Source: Candidatus Woesebacteria bacterium RIFCSPLOWO2_01_FULL_39_23
GTDB lineage: Bacteria; Patescibacteriota; Microgenomatia; UBA8517
Assembly (NCBI GenBank): GCA_001793095.1
Contig: MGHG01000005.1
Location: 6,569 to 70,568 of the forward strand
Direction of reading: 5' to 3'
Length of the DNA stretch: 64,000 nt
In this document: positions 50,038-59,512 of the stretch, piece by piece
Layout: every line of letters starts with the position of its first letter
Numbering within the stretch: the first letter of the stretch is position 1
Notes under the pieces: generated by a model
Databases searched by the model: none
The model's input: the letters and a program-made list of their open reading frames with translations, nothing else
Told to the model about the DNA's origin: nothing
Program-made: the position numbers and the translations under genes

Positions 50038-50310
50038 TTAGGCTGTTACTACATCACCATCTATTAAGCCCAGAATTGAGTTGATCTTTCCTTTATCAAA
50101 ACCTATTACCGTTTCTTTAGTTCCGTCGTCTTTCTCAATTGCAATGAAGGGTACTCCCATAAACCCACCCGAGACTGTCTCCATCTCTTCTTTAGCTGCT
50201 TCATCCTGATCAATTAACTTCTCCAAATATGCAATTCCCTTCTCGTCGAAATAATCTTTGAGCATTTTGCAATAAGGACATGTAGTTGTTGAATAAATAA
50301 TTACTTGCAT
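50038..50310 (-). CDS. glutaredoxin-like protein (NrdH/Grx family)
   Basis: 90 aa; CPYC active site; thioredoxin-fold spacing. Confidence 0.7.
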   Translation of the reverse strand: MQVIIYSTTTCPYCKMLKDYFDEKGIAYLEKLIDQDEAAKEEMETVSGGFMGVPFIAIEKDDGTKETVIGFDKGKINSILGLIDGDVVTA

Positions 50311-50473
50311 TAATAACTCACCTCCAAGTGAGATATCTCTTCAAGATCTCACGGAATACCGTTAGATACGATTACCCTAACTGAAACCTAAAGAAGATTA
50401 ACACGAGTTCATAACACGCTACAAGACCCGTATTTCGGGTCTAGTAGCATATACTATAGTCTTGACAGAAAGA

Positions 50474-51010
50474 TTACTCGATAGTAATTTCACCCTCCAT
50501 CCCCTGAGCCCTATGGTTCCCAACTGAGCAATAGAAAGTAAACGTTCCCGCTTTGTCAGCCGTAAATTCAACCATATCGGTTGTTCCGGGCGTTATCGTT
50601 TTCGTCGAGACACCAAGTTCACTTATAACTAAATTGTGAGGAAATTTACCTGTGTTTTTAAAAGTTATTTGGACTTTTTCTCCTTTTGCTACTGTCAAGG
50701 CGGATGGCGAGAAAGAAAATTCACTGCCTTCAACTGCGACTTCCTTAAGCTGATCCGTAGATCCTAACGTAGTCGTTGGCATTGTAGTCACATTGGTTGT
50801 GCTTGTCGGATTAGTCTGACTAATATTCTGTGCGGTACCCGCAGGAAGATTGGTCGATCTAATTTTATTTTTCGACATTACCAAGTAACCGCCTACTGCC
50901 AAAATTGCTATCGCGAGAACAGCTATTGCAATCATCATGCTTTTATTCCCCGAAGAATTAGTTTGACCACCTGTATCTATTTTATTATTATCTTCGTCCA
51001 TATTTTTCAC
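50474..51010 (-). CDS. membrane-anchored cupredoxin (blue copper protein)
   Basis: 178 aa; TM + Thr-rich linker; H...C..H....M ligand pattern (FPHNLV...YCSVGNHRAQGM). Confidence 0.6.
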   Translation of the reverse strand: MKNMDEDNNKIDTGGQTNSSGNKSMMIAIAVLAIAILAVGGYLVMSKNKIRSTNLPAGTAQNISQTNPTSTTNVTTMPTTTLGSTDQLKEVAVEGSEFSFSPSALTVAKGEKVQITFKNTGKFPHNLVISELGVSTKTITPGTTDMVEFTADKAGTFTFYCSVGNHRAQGMEGEITIE

Positions 51011-51162
51011 CTCCCTACGGGTCAGAGACCCTCTGGGTCGGTGACCTCTTTAGCTAGCAATTTACTTTAATAAAATAACAAATATCTAAAAATGCTATCG
51101 TTATTTACAAATGTTATCTATGAGATTTCTCACAGGCAGTTTAGGGGTTCTATTCAAAGTCG

Positions 51163-51897
51163 CTAAACAAAAAGGAATCCAAGAAGTCTCATCCAAGAAG
51201 GTTTCTCGATCGACAATATTTCTCCCCCCACCGCTGATACTTTAGCTTCAACCGGAAATGTATAATCGTAGACATTAAGTATCGGAATAACTTTTTCAGC
51301 CTGGACCAAATAATAAAGGTTGCCGTCTTCATCTTCTGATATCCTCACTTCATCTCCCTTGGAATGCATGGTTGCGACACCGGATCTGATTAAAGAGGTT
51401 ACTGCCTGCCTCGGAAGAATAGAAAGGAACTTATAACCGGTTGGAGTCGCAAGGGCAAGCTTTGCGTTTTTCGGGTCGATTTCAATCTGATAGTCAGTAA
51501 CAGCCTTGATATCTCCCTGATTCAAGGAAAAGGCACCGTTAACAACACTTATTGATAGCCTCTCTACAGTCGGCCGCTCCTCTATTTGTAAAATTTCATC
51601 TGTTACACCTGAGACGTCAAACTCTTTACCACCCGTCGCACTAAGGACAGACAAGAGCATCTTGCCGTTTTCTTTAGATAACGAAACCTTTGCATTATCA
51701 AATTTTGCCCCGGAGTCTTCGTTGACTATTTTCAAACTTCCCCCATCCGTTTCCACGGCCAATACATTTACAAGGGTACTGCCTTCTTTTGTAATAGTTA
51801 TAAAGGCAGCACTAGCTTCATTTAAACCAACTTTGAAAGTTGATACAAAGGAAAAGACAAAAATAATAAAATACTTTGCACTATTTATTTTCCGCAT
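51163..51897 (-). CDS. hypothetical secreted protein
   Basis: 244 aa; N-terminal signal/TM. Confidence 0.4.
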   Translation of the reverse strand: MRKINSAKYFIIFVFSFVSTFKVGLNEASAAFITITKEGSTLVNVLAVETDGGSLKIVNEDSGAKFDNAKVSLSKENGKMLLSVLSATGGKEFDVSGVTDEILQIEERPTVERLSISVVNGAFSLNQGDIKAVTDYQIEIDPKNAKLALATPTGYKFLSILPRQAVTSLIRSGVATMHSKGDEVRISEDEDGNLYYLVQAEKVIPILNVYDYTFPVEAKVSAVGGEILSIEKPSWMRLLGFLFV

Positions 51898-51997
51898 ATT
51901 TAACGCATAATTTCCGAAGGGTACAATTCTATACCCTTCGAGCCCCGTATAAACGATTCCAATTCAATCGGGATGAATTCTGTGCGGGGCCGGCTCC

Positions 51998-52198
51998 CTA
52001 CCTTCCCATCTTCAGATATATCCCAAATAGAGCTAAAACTGAAGCGACCAATAGCCACTGGGTTGAAGCAAGCCAAATATCAACTCCAAGATATCCAAAT
52101 CCTGCCAAGACTACCGCCGCCACTGCTCCTCCGACCAAAACTTTAGATGCTGTAGCTACATCTTTCTTAGTCATATGTATCACCTTCTCCCGCACCAA
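51998..52198 (-). CDS. small membrane protein
   Basis: 66 aa; two hydrophobic helices. Confidence 0.3.
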   Translation of the reverse strand: MVREKVIHMTKKDVATASKVLVGGAVAAVVLAGFGYLGVDIWLASTQWLLVASVLALFGIYLKMGR

Positions 52199-52336
52199 AT
52201 TAATAGAAAATATTCCATTGATTTTGAATATACCATTTATACATCTTAGACAACATTTAAATACTTCATTTATAAATAAACTTGAGTATCATATTTTAAA
52301 AATCAACTATTAATTTGGTGCGGGACTTCCGCCATT

Positions 52337-52861
52337 TTAATAAATATAACCCTTGATTACAAAGCCCGTCACATAAGCAACCACCGCAGCCACCCCGCCG
52401 ATAAGAAGCATTTCAAATCCGCTTCTTAACCACTTCTTTTTAGTGTAATTTCCCTTGAGTGCCCCGATTATAAAAAGGAGTATAAAAACTAAACTCAAAG
52501 ACAGTATAAAATTACTACTTCTTAACCCCAATATATAGGGAATGAGCGGAACCAAACCCGCTGAATCGAATGCTAAAAATGTTACCAGCGCCTGTCTTTT
52601 AGGAGTTGCTTCAGAAATATGCTTATCTCCTTCTACCTGCTCATACTCCACCTCGCTTTTAACACCAAGATATGTACCTGCGGACATAGAAAGCCCGTCG
52701 GCGAAAAGATTAGCAAATCCCAGTATAACGACCACTGTCGGGTCCAAAGATGCTCCCGTGGCTCCAGCAACCACAGCAAAAGTGGTTACAACTCCATCGC
52801 TTGCTGCAAAAACCGAGTCTCGCAAATAGGATGCCCGCTTATGCAAAAGAGCCTCTTTCAT
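52337..52861 (-). CDS. VIT1/CCC1-family iron/manganese transporter
   Basis: 174 aa; DGVVTTFAVVAGATG and ANLFADGLSM motifs. Confidence 0.65.
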   Translation of the reverse strand: MKEALLHKRASYLRDSVFAASDGVVTTFAVVAGATGASLDPTVVVILGFANLFADGLSMSAGTYLGVKSEVEYEQVEGDKHISEATPKRQALVTFLAFDSAGLVPLIPYILGLRSSNFILSLSLVFILLFIIGALKGNYTKKKWLRSGFEMLLIGGVAAVVAYVTGFVIKGYIY

Positions 52862-52888
52862 CTTATTTCATATTAACATAATTTCCTG

Positions 52889-53386
52889 TTGCAATTATTG
52901 TCAGTCTTGTTAATATTAATCCACCTCATGGATAAATTTAAAACCCTGGTAATAACAATAATTCTAGTTTTTCTTGCTTTTATTGCCGCTTGGTTTTCCC
53001 TTTTTAATAAATTCAAAATCTTCCCGCCAAAAGCAAGCTCAAATCCCACATCCAATATTCAAATAACTGAAACCCAACAAAATGTAAGCCTGAAGGTAGT
53101 TTTTCCTGATGATAATGTCAATTACATTAAGGAGTTTAAAGCGGAAAATAACGAGACAGCATACAGCATACTTACCGAAGCTCTGGAAATCCGAAAAATT
53201 CCATACGAAACTAAAAAATATGATTTTGGTGTTTTCGTCAAGTCGATAAAAGGCCTCGAAAGTACAGCCCAGAAATCATGGATTTATTTTGTTAACGGAG
53301 AAAGCGGAGCTGTTGCAGCCGATCAATATAGATTACAAGCTGGTGACAAGGTGGAGTGGAAATATATACCCCCTTCGGGGGAATGA
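52889..53386 (+). CDS. DUF4430-domain exported protein
   Basis: 165 aa; TM then YDFGVFVKSIKGLESTAQKSWIYFVNGESGAVAADQYRLQAGDKVEW, typical DUF4430. Confidence 0.5.
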   Translation: MQLLSVLLILIHLMDKFKTLVITIILVFLAFIAAWFSLFNKFKIFPPKASSNPTSNIQITETQQNVSLKVVFPDDNVNYIKEFKAENNETAYSILTEALEIRKIPYETKKYDFGVFVKSIKGLESTAQKSWIYFVNGESGAVAADQYRLQAGDKVEWKYIPPSGE

Positions 53387-53389
53387 CAA

Positions 53390-54025
53390 ATGCTAAATTA
53401 TAAATTTCAAATTAAAAGACACAATAAGCCTTCTCGTACTTCATACTACTTGCTACTTTCTACATTGTTCCTCGTTGCTTTCTTAGAACGTACTGTTTGG
53501 GATCTGGGACCGAATGTCGAGCTGGTAACGACGGTGATGATTTTAGCCTCGTTTTATCTTGGCAGAAAAGAATCTTTCTGGCTTACGTTCACAATAATCG
53601 CGACGACAGATAGACTTATCGGAAACTCAAGCATCTTCCTCTTCACCTGGAGCGGCTTCCTCCTTCCGGCATTTCTAGCCGGTAGTGTATTTAAATACCT
53701 ATCTACTAAATACAAGCATCCAGCTACAAAGAAAATATTAGATGGTGTTTTGTTAACTTCCTTAGGTATCTCTTCTAATATTTTCTTTTATCTCTGGACC
53801 AATTTTGGCGTCTGGCTACTCGATTCCTGGGAAATGTATACCAATAATCTTCGTGGACTTCTCCTTTGCTACATCAACGGCCTGCCATTTTTGAAGAATC
53901 AAATGGTCAGCTCACTTCTCTTTATCCCGCTGGGAATTGTCCTAATCGAAGCTGCCTTAAAACTAGCAATAAAATACAAGTCGAATTATGCAAATTATCT
54001 TCAGATCCTTAAAGATTCACACTAA
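53390..54025 (+). CDS. polytopic membrane protein, ECF-transporter S-component-like
   Basis: 211 aa, 5-6 TM helices; 4 nt after the DUF4430 gene. Confidence 0.4.
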   Translation: MLNYKFQIKRHNKPSRTSYYLLLSTLFLVAFLERTVWDLGPNVELVTTVMILASFYLGRKESFWLTFTIIATTDRLIGNSSIFLFTWSGFLLPAFLAGSVFKYLSTKYKHPATKKILDGVLLTSLGISSNIFFYLWTNFGVWLLDSWEMYTNNLRGLLLCYINGLPFLKNQMVSSLLFIPLGIVLIEAALKLAIKYKSNYANYLQILKDSH

Positions 54026-54066
54026 AACTCTTAATTCTTAATCTTTAAGAGGCAAAAAGTGAGACT

Positions 54067-54309
54067 TTATTGCGAAGGTGGTTTATATACAAAATTCGGG
54101 TCAAAGACCTTAGATGAATCTTCCTTCGGTACTACATGAAGTGTAATTGCCGTTATCGGCACTACCCCTTTTATATAGTCCGCTTTACACCTCAAACACC
54201 AATTCGTTATTGCTTCTTCTCCTATGCCATGTGGGTTAACAGACCTAATTATGGCTGGAATGGGACATCCGACTATAGAGCATCCATCGGGTTTTAATTG
54301 TTCCAGCAT
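54067..54309 (-). CDS. hypothetical Cys-containing small protein
   Basis: 80 aa with 4 Cys (C..C...C..C). Confidence 0.3.
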   Translation of the reverse strand: MLEQLKPDGCSIVGCPIPAIIRSVNPHGIGEEAITNWCLRCKADYIKGVVPITAITLHVVPKEDSSKVFDPNFVYKPPSQ

Positions 54310-54345
54310 AGCTTATTATACTTTCACGGAATCTAGAAATACAAG

Positions 54346-54903
54346 CTATATTCTGACTTTATTCGAAGGTTTAAACTTCCACCCCGGTAAATTGTCTGAA
54401 AAATCCTGCACCACACCGATTGCTGCTTGCGACGATTTAATGCGCGGCCCCTTGCGTAACTCTGTTGGTGTCATGCAAAAAATAATATCCAAGGTGTTAT
54501 CTCCCGCACCTGTAACATACACTTGAACGTTAGCTGAATTACCTGTATACTCTTTTTCGCGTTCAAATCCTAATCTTTTAGCAATTACTTCGGGGTCAAA
54601 ATCGAATTCATCTTTCAAATCAAGTTGCCTATTGTTACGTTTGGCCATAACCTCTTCAATTGTAAAACCCTCTCGCTTATATAGCTTAGTCACTGGAATC
54701 CGGAGATAACCAACGCCAGTACGTTCAGGACTTAATAATGCCTGAAGCTTAAGCCCATTAGTCGTAGTTACCGAACAATAAAAGACACCATTTCTAAGTT
54801 CAGCGTCATCCCACTTTTTGACTTGGCGCGAGATTTCGCCTCCATTTTCTTCAATATACTGCCATGTTTCCCTAGATGGTGCCATGTGACATAAATATAG
54901 CAC
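54346..54903 (-). CDS. hypothetical protein
   Basis: 185-aa ORF. Confidence 0.35.
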   Translation of the reverse strand: MLYLCHMAPSRETWQYIEENGGEISRQVKKWDDAELRNGVFYCSVTTTNGLKLQALLSPERTGVGYLRIPVTKLYKREGFTIEEVMAKRNNRQLDLKDEFDFDPEVIAKRLGFEREKEYTGNSANVQVYVTGAGDNTLDIIFCMTPTELRKGPRIKSSQAAIGVVQDFSDNLPGWKFKPSNKVRI

Positions 54904-55050
54904 TTAATGATTAATATGCAATCAATAATTGAATATGAATAGTTAACGTTATATTACAATATATAAGAGAAAACCATCTAGCCTGGCTTCCCTTTCTTTA
55001 GAAGTTATATTACGAATAATGAATTTATTTACTACTCACTTAATATTTCT

Positions 55051-55770
55051 ATGTTCGTATATTACAGTTATTATATGGGTTACTTTGGTAAATTAGATGA
55101 AAGAATCAAAGTACAAGAACTTCGTAGGAAGGGGTATTCTTACAATGAGATACTTCAATATGTAACAGTTTCTAAAGATACTCTGAGCAGATGGTGCAGT
55201 AATATTCCCCTATCTGTCGAACAACAAAACCGTTTATTAAAAAACAAATCTTTAGGACAACGTAAGGGATCGCTAATAGCTGCAGAGAAAAAAAGGGAAG
55301 AAAGGATATTTAGAACAAATGCAATTATGAATAAAGCCAAAAAGGAAGTGGGGAAACTGAACAAAAGAGAAAGATTTATAGCTGGTTTAGCTTACTATTC
55401 AGCAGAAGGCGATAAATCTGAGAGCAAAAGTGGTTTTGCCAATTCTGACCCTAAAGTAATATGTTTCATGATTAATTGGTTCAAGGAGTTCTGTAATATC
55501 CCTGAGTCAAAATTTCGTGGAGCTTTGTGGTTACATGAAGGTTTAAATGACTATCAAGCGAGAAGGTTCTGGTCAAAAATCACAGGAATACCACTAGAAC
55601 AATTTTATAAGACTTACATTGCAAAAAACAAACAAGACAGTAAAAAGGTCAGAAAAAATCTACATCTATATGGGGTATTTTCTATAAGGTTTTGCGATGT
55701 AAACATACAAAGGAAAATATTAGGATGGATTTCAGGTTTATTTGATGCTAAAATCGGTACTGCTCTTTAA
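55051..55770 (+). CDS. HTH-domain protein with LAGLIDADG-like motif (homing-endonuclease-like), paralog 2
   Basis: 239 aa; N-terminal HTH LRRKGYSYNEILQYVTVSKDTLSRWCSNI; IAGLAYYSAEGDKSE LAGLIDADG-like box; GFANSDP box shared with 7309..7992. Ends 3 nt before the intron-containing tRNA. Confidence 0.5.
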   Translation: MFVYYSYYMGYFGKLDERIKVQELRRKGYSYNEILQYVTVSKDTLSRWCSNIPLSVEQQNRLLKNKSLGQRKGSLIAAEKKREERIFRTNAIMNKAKKEVGKLNKRERFIAGLAYYSAEGDKSESKSGFANSDPKVICFMINWFKEFCNIPESKFRGALWLHEGLNDYQARRFWSKITGIPLEQFYKTYIAKNKQDSKKVRKNLHLYGVFSIRFCDVNIQRKILGWISGLFDAKIGTAL

Positions 55771-55773
55771 TAT

Positions 55774-56066
55774 TCCCCGGTAGCTCAGCGGTAGAGCGGA
55801 TTCCTGTGATTTCTTAGCAGCTCTTAAGGGAAACTTTAAGATGAAAACTGGGAGAATTGCGTGAAGCCCCTATCTTCGGATGAGGTAACCCGCAGCCGAT
55901 CCTTTGTTAAAGTGGAAAGCACTGCTTTAGCTTAGGCAGGTTCAGAAACTATGCACCCAGACTCTAATCCAAATCGGCATGAGTAAGATATAGTTCCGCG
56001 TCCCATGGAAACATGGGGGTACGAGTAAGAATAAGGTCGTAGGTTCGAATCCTACCCGGGGAGCCA
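55774..56066 (+). tRNA. tRNA-Asn(GUU) interrupted by a 218-nt group I intron between positions 35 and 36 (intron 55808..56025); CCA encoded
   Basis: Exon 1 is TCCCCGG TA GCTC AGCGGTA GAGC G GATTC CUGU. Exon 2 is UAA GAATA AGGTC GTAGG TTCGAAT CCTAC CCGGGGA G CCA. The acceptor is a perfect 7 bp. The intron has group I core elements: P-like GGGAAACTTTAAGATG, Q-like AATTGCGTGAAG, R-like GTTCAGAAACTATG and S-like AAGATATAGTTCC. An IGS GCAG can pair with exon CUGU, and the intron ends in G. Confidence 0.8.
55808..56025 (+). mobile_element. group I self-splicing intron (tRNA anticodon-loop type, no internal ORF)
   Basis: Conserved P/Q/R/S core sequences are listed above. The 218-nt length is in the range of Azoarcus/Anabaena tRNA introns. 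The ORFs listed on the opposite strand inside it are spurious. Confidence 0.75.
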
Positions 56067-56090
56067 GAATCTTTTGTAGTATAATTAAGT

Positions 56091-56387
56091 ATGCATAATA
56101 TTCCAACCCCAGAAGGCTTGCAAGCAGTTCTGTGGTCAAAAAAATTAAACAACATAGACATTAATAAAGACAAAAACTATATCATTAATCAGGTGCTTGC
56201 CTACGGCCTTATAGAACATATCCAGTGGCTCTTTAAGGTGTATTCAAGAAATACAATTATTGAAACTTTTTTGGAAAATCCTTCCAAGATATACTCAGAT
56301 AAAGCTTTAAATTTCATAAAGTTCATTCTTTTTGAAAATAATCCTGTCAATTTAGACGAGAAAAAATATGTCCGATATCCACTTTGA
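56091..56387 (+). CDS. hypothetical protein (possible antitoxin partner of the downstream AbiEii-like gene)
   Basis: 98-aa ORF overlapping the downstream gene start by 20 nt. Confidence 0.3.
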   Translation: MHNIPTPEGLQAVLWSKKLNNIDINKDKNYIINQVLAYGLIEHIQWLFKVYSRNTIIETFLENPSKIYSDKALNFIKFILFENNPVNLDEKKYVRYPL

Positions 56388-56997
56388 AATACTCGATCCG
56401 GACAGATTGGAAGTATTCAAACTCCTAGCTAAATTCAAAAAATATGGCGTATTGGGAGGTGGTACTGCTATCGCACTTCAAATAAAACATCGAAAATCTT
56501 TTGATTTTGACATTTTTTTAAATCAGAGTGTTCCAGAGGAATTAAAAGAGAGTGTAAAAAGTGTTTACAGAGATTTCCAGATACTTCGTGAAGAAGCTAA
56601 TCAAATAGACTACATTGTAAAAAAGGAAATAAAATTAACTTTTCTAAAACACGCGTTTCCCCCTCTGCATTCACTTATAGATACAGGATATATAGAACTT
56701 TTCAATCTAAAAGATTTAGCTAGTAACAAAGCGGCAACCATCGGCAGGAGAGGAACTTGGAGGGATTATGTCGATTTATTCTTTTTAATAAAAGATGGCA
56801 CCTCGAATTTAAAAGAGATCATAGATGAGACAGAAAAAAGGTTTGGGGGTGAGTTCAATAAAAGACTTTTTCTTGAGCAGCTCCTCTACACAAGGGATAT
56901 AACTGACTATGAAATTGACTTTCTTGGTAAAAAACATGAACCCGAAGAAATTAAAAACTTCTTTGAAGATCAAGTAAAAAGTTATAATAGGTTCTAA
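56368..56997 (+). CDS. AbiEii/AbiGii-family nucleotidyltransferase (DUF1814) toxin-like protein
   Basis: 209 aa; GVLGGGTAIALQIKHRKSFDFDIF matches the GGTALxLxxxHRxSxDxD nucleotidyltransferase signature of AbiEii. Confidence 0.55.
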   Translation: MSDIHFEILDPDRLEVFKLLAKFKKYGVLGGGTAIALQIKHRKSFDFDIFLNQSVPEELKESVKSVYRDFQILREEANQIDYIVKKEIKLTFLKHAFPPLHSLIDTGYIELFNLKDLASNKAATIGRRGTWRDYVDLFFLIKDGTSNLKEIIDETEKRFGGEFNKRLFLEQLLYTRDITDYEIDFLGKKHEPEEIKNFFEDQVKSYNRF

Positions 56998-57068
56998 AAT
57001 CCTCCTATATACCCACCATTCTTCTCAATTAGCTCTTTTTTTAGAACTTTTGATATACTTCAAATATT

Positions 57069-57356
57069 ATGAGGAATTTGCTTAGTAAGACATGTGCTTG
57101 GCTTCCTATTACAATGTCAGCTTCTGCATTGATATTTACACTTGTTTGGTTGGCGGTATTTGGAATTGTGCGCAGCGAAGATGAAGGTATAGCTGCCCAC
57201 ATTTTTCAGCTACTCATGGGTGGTCAGCTGCCAATAATTGCCTTCTTTGCTCTCAAATGGGTACCGCAAAAACCGAAGCAAGCTATAGGGGTATTGGCTC
57301 TGCAATTTGTTGCTGGAATTGTTGCCTATGCTCCAGTTTATTTTTTAAAGCTGTAG
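57069..57356 (+). CDS. small membrane protein
   Basis: 95 aa, 3 TM helices. Confidence 0.3.
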   Translation: MRNLLSKTCAWLPITMSASALIFTLVWLAVFGIVRSEDEGIAAHIFQLLMGGQLPIIAFFALKWVPQKPKQAIGVLALQFVAGIVAYAPVYFLKL

Positions 57357-57414
57357 CTTAATCCAGTATTTCTCTCTAATTGATTTATACAATCATAAAC
57401 TTCATTATTAAATA

Positions 57415-58263
57415 ATGCGCCAGAAAGGATTCATCCACGTTATTCTGCTTATATTAATTGTCTTTATCACTATGGGGGTGATGAGTTTTGTTATGTATAA
57501 CGGATCTAAGAAAGAGCTCAATCTTGAGGGAGATTCAAATTACATCTATAAAGACCAAGCAGAGAAAAAGATGAATAAAAAAGAATTTGGATGGCCAAGT
57601 AATACAGCGAAATACATAACCGCAGTTCCGGTTGATTTGACCCAGATTCAAAGCATATCTAAATACCGATCGTGTGCAGGTCACATTCGGGATGGATACG
57701 ACTTCGACCGTATTCGAGAATACGATAGCTCTATGAAACATTATTTGTACCCGATTCCTATGTATCAAGTCACAATGGATAAGGTAAAACTATTTGCTCC
57801 TTTTGACGGGAAAGTTATTCAGATTGATTACGAAAAAAATAAGGTGATCCCCGGTCGACCACATAACGGTAACGGTATTCATTTTTCAACTTTAGTTGAT
57901 CCTAATGTTAAATTTGTTTTTGGTCACCTATATTTCGCGCGAGATTTTAAAATCGGTGAGGAAGTAACAGCCGGGGAATTAATAGGCTATGCCGCTATTG
58001 GTGATAAAGGAACCGATTTTGATATCGACCTTTCAGGTATTAATAAAACAAATGATGACGTCGAAATCCTCGGTTCAGCCTTTGACCATATGACGGACAC
58101 AGTATTAGCGAAGTTCGCCAAATATGGAGTAACTTTGGAAAATATCAAGTTCAGTAAAGAGTATAGAGATGTCCACCCTTGTGGTTATTACGGAACGAAT
58201 AAAGACAGATCTGACCAATGCATTGGCAGAATAAACGAATGTTGGGTGCAATTAAAGCACTAA
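57415..58263 (+). CDS. membrane-anchored hypothetical protein (possible M23-like peptidase fold)
   Basis: 282 aa; N-terminal TM; HIRDGYD (HxxxD) present but second His motif not clear. Confidence 0.35.
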   Translation: MRQKGFIHVILLILIVFITMGVMSFVMYNGSKKELNLEGDSNYIYKDQAEKKMNKKEFGWPSNTAKYITAVPVDLTQIQSISKYRSCAGHIRDGYDFDRIREYDSSMKHYLYPIPMYQVTMDKVKLFAPFDGKVIQIDYEKNKVIPGRPHNGNGIHFSTLVDPNVKFVFGHLYFARDFKIGEEVTAGELIGYAAIGDKGTDFDIDLSGINKTNDDVEILGSAFDHMTDTVLAKFAKYGVTLENIKFSKEYRDVHPCGYYGTNKDRSDQCIGRINECWVQLKH

Positions 58264-58319
58264 AATTCTTCTTAAAGACTTTCGTTGACTTCGTCAAATA
58301 GAGACCTCATTATTAATTA

Positions 58320-58412
58320 ATGCGCCAGAAAGGATTCATTCATATCTTTCTTCTTTTCTTTATTGTTATCATTTTAGCTGTAGTTGGTATTACAACTTAT
58401 AACAACCGTTGA
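58320..58412 (+). pseudogene. duplicated 5' end of gene 57415 (MRQKGFIH...) truncated after 30 codons
   Basis: About 35 nt including the RBS region (ttattaa(t/a)taATGCGCCAGAAAGGATTCAT) are near-identical to 57405-57440; the ORF terminates after a TM-like 30 aa. Confidence 0.35.
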
Positions 58413-58816
58413 AACGATTAAAATTCACAACAAGACGAAAAAGACAATAAATTCAATTTTATAGAAAAACTAAGACAAAGCAGTAAATATCAAAATCCTT
58501 CCTTAAATTATAGTTTCCCAGACTGCTCTACAGATACTTCAGGAATTTTTACAAAATCTTTTAGGGGGGGTGGTTAACCGACTTATATAATTCCTCTCGG
58601 TGGTTCCATCAAGGCGGGCAAGTTACACCACAGATCATGTTTATCCAATAAGCTTTACTAACCAGAAAATCGTACCTATATATGCGCCGAAGGGCGCTGC
58701 AGTCAAAATGAATCTTTCCAAAAACCGATTACGTATGAATTAAATCAAAACCAACTCTCTGTCTGTTTTGAAAATTTAAATCAGATTCCCCTTTTCAGCC
58801 ATGGTAATATATTAAG

Positions 58817-59386
58817 ATGAACGTTAACAAACGCTTCGTGCTGGAACCGGACATGCGCGACGAACTTCTTAATACTCTGAAAGACCGTTTTGAGAAAAAC
58901 ATGAACCGCCATAAAGGCCTCGTCTGGTCTAAAGTGCAGGCAAGGCTGGAAGCTCATCCGAAAAAACTATTGTCACTTTATGAGATGGAAAGAACCGGCG
59001 GTGAACCGGATGTTGTTGGCCGCGATTCTAAAGCGGTTGAATACAAATTTTATGATTGTTCGGCGGAAACCCCCAAGGGCCGCAGAAATGTTTGCTACGA
59101 TCGTGAAGCATTGGAGTCAAGGAAAGAACATAAACCAAAAGGTTCTGCACTGGATATGGCAGAAACTATGGGAATTGAACTCTTAACTGAAGAGGAATAT
59201 CGGGAGCTGCAAAAACTTGGTTCTTTTGATACGAAGACATCAAGCTGGATAAAAACACCCGCTGACATTAGAAAACTCGGCGGTGCCCTCTTTGCTGACC
59301 GCCGTTACAATGCTGTCTTTATTTATCATAACGGTGCGGAATCTTATTATGCCGTTCGGGGATTCCGCGGTAAACTTCGGGTCTAA
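58817..59386 (+). CDS. DUF4256-like protein in a GC-rich, atypical-codon segment
   Basis: 189-aa ORF. Local GC is about 46%, against an approximately 38% background. It makes frequent use of CTG/CGC/GGC/CCG codons, unlike the flanking genes. Confidence 0.45.
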   Translation: MNVNKRFVLEPDMRDELLNTLKDRFEKNMNRHKGLVWSKVQARLEAHPKKLLSLYEMERTGGEPDVVGRDSKAVEYKFYDCSAETPKGRRNVCYDREALESRKEHKPKGSALDMAETMGIELLTEEEYRELQKLGSFDTKTSSWIKTPADIRKLGGALFADRRYNAVFIYHNGAESYYAVRGFRGKLRV

Positions 59387-59512
59387 TCCGCCAGCCTGCG
59401 TATGCACGAACAGCTAAATTTGAATTTGAGGATCTCCTGAATAAAGAAAGAAATTATCTGAAAAGGAGGGTGAGATTTTCACAAAGCACAATTTGCTGTA
59501 CCATATGCTCAT

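Noticed and set aside
55942-56173. Two minus-strand ORFs (65 and 69 aa)
   Set aside because: They lie inside or antisense to the group I intron and the tRNA 3' exon; artefacts of the structured RNA.
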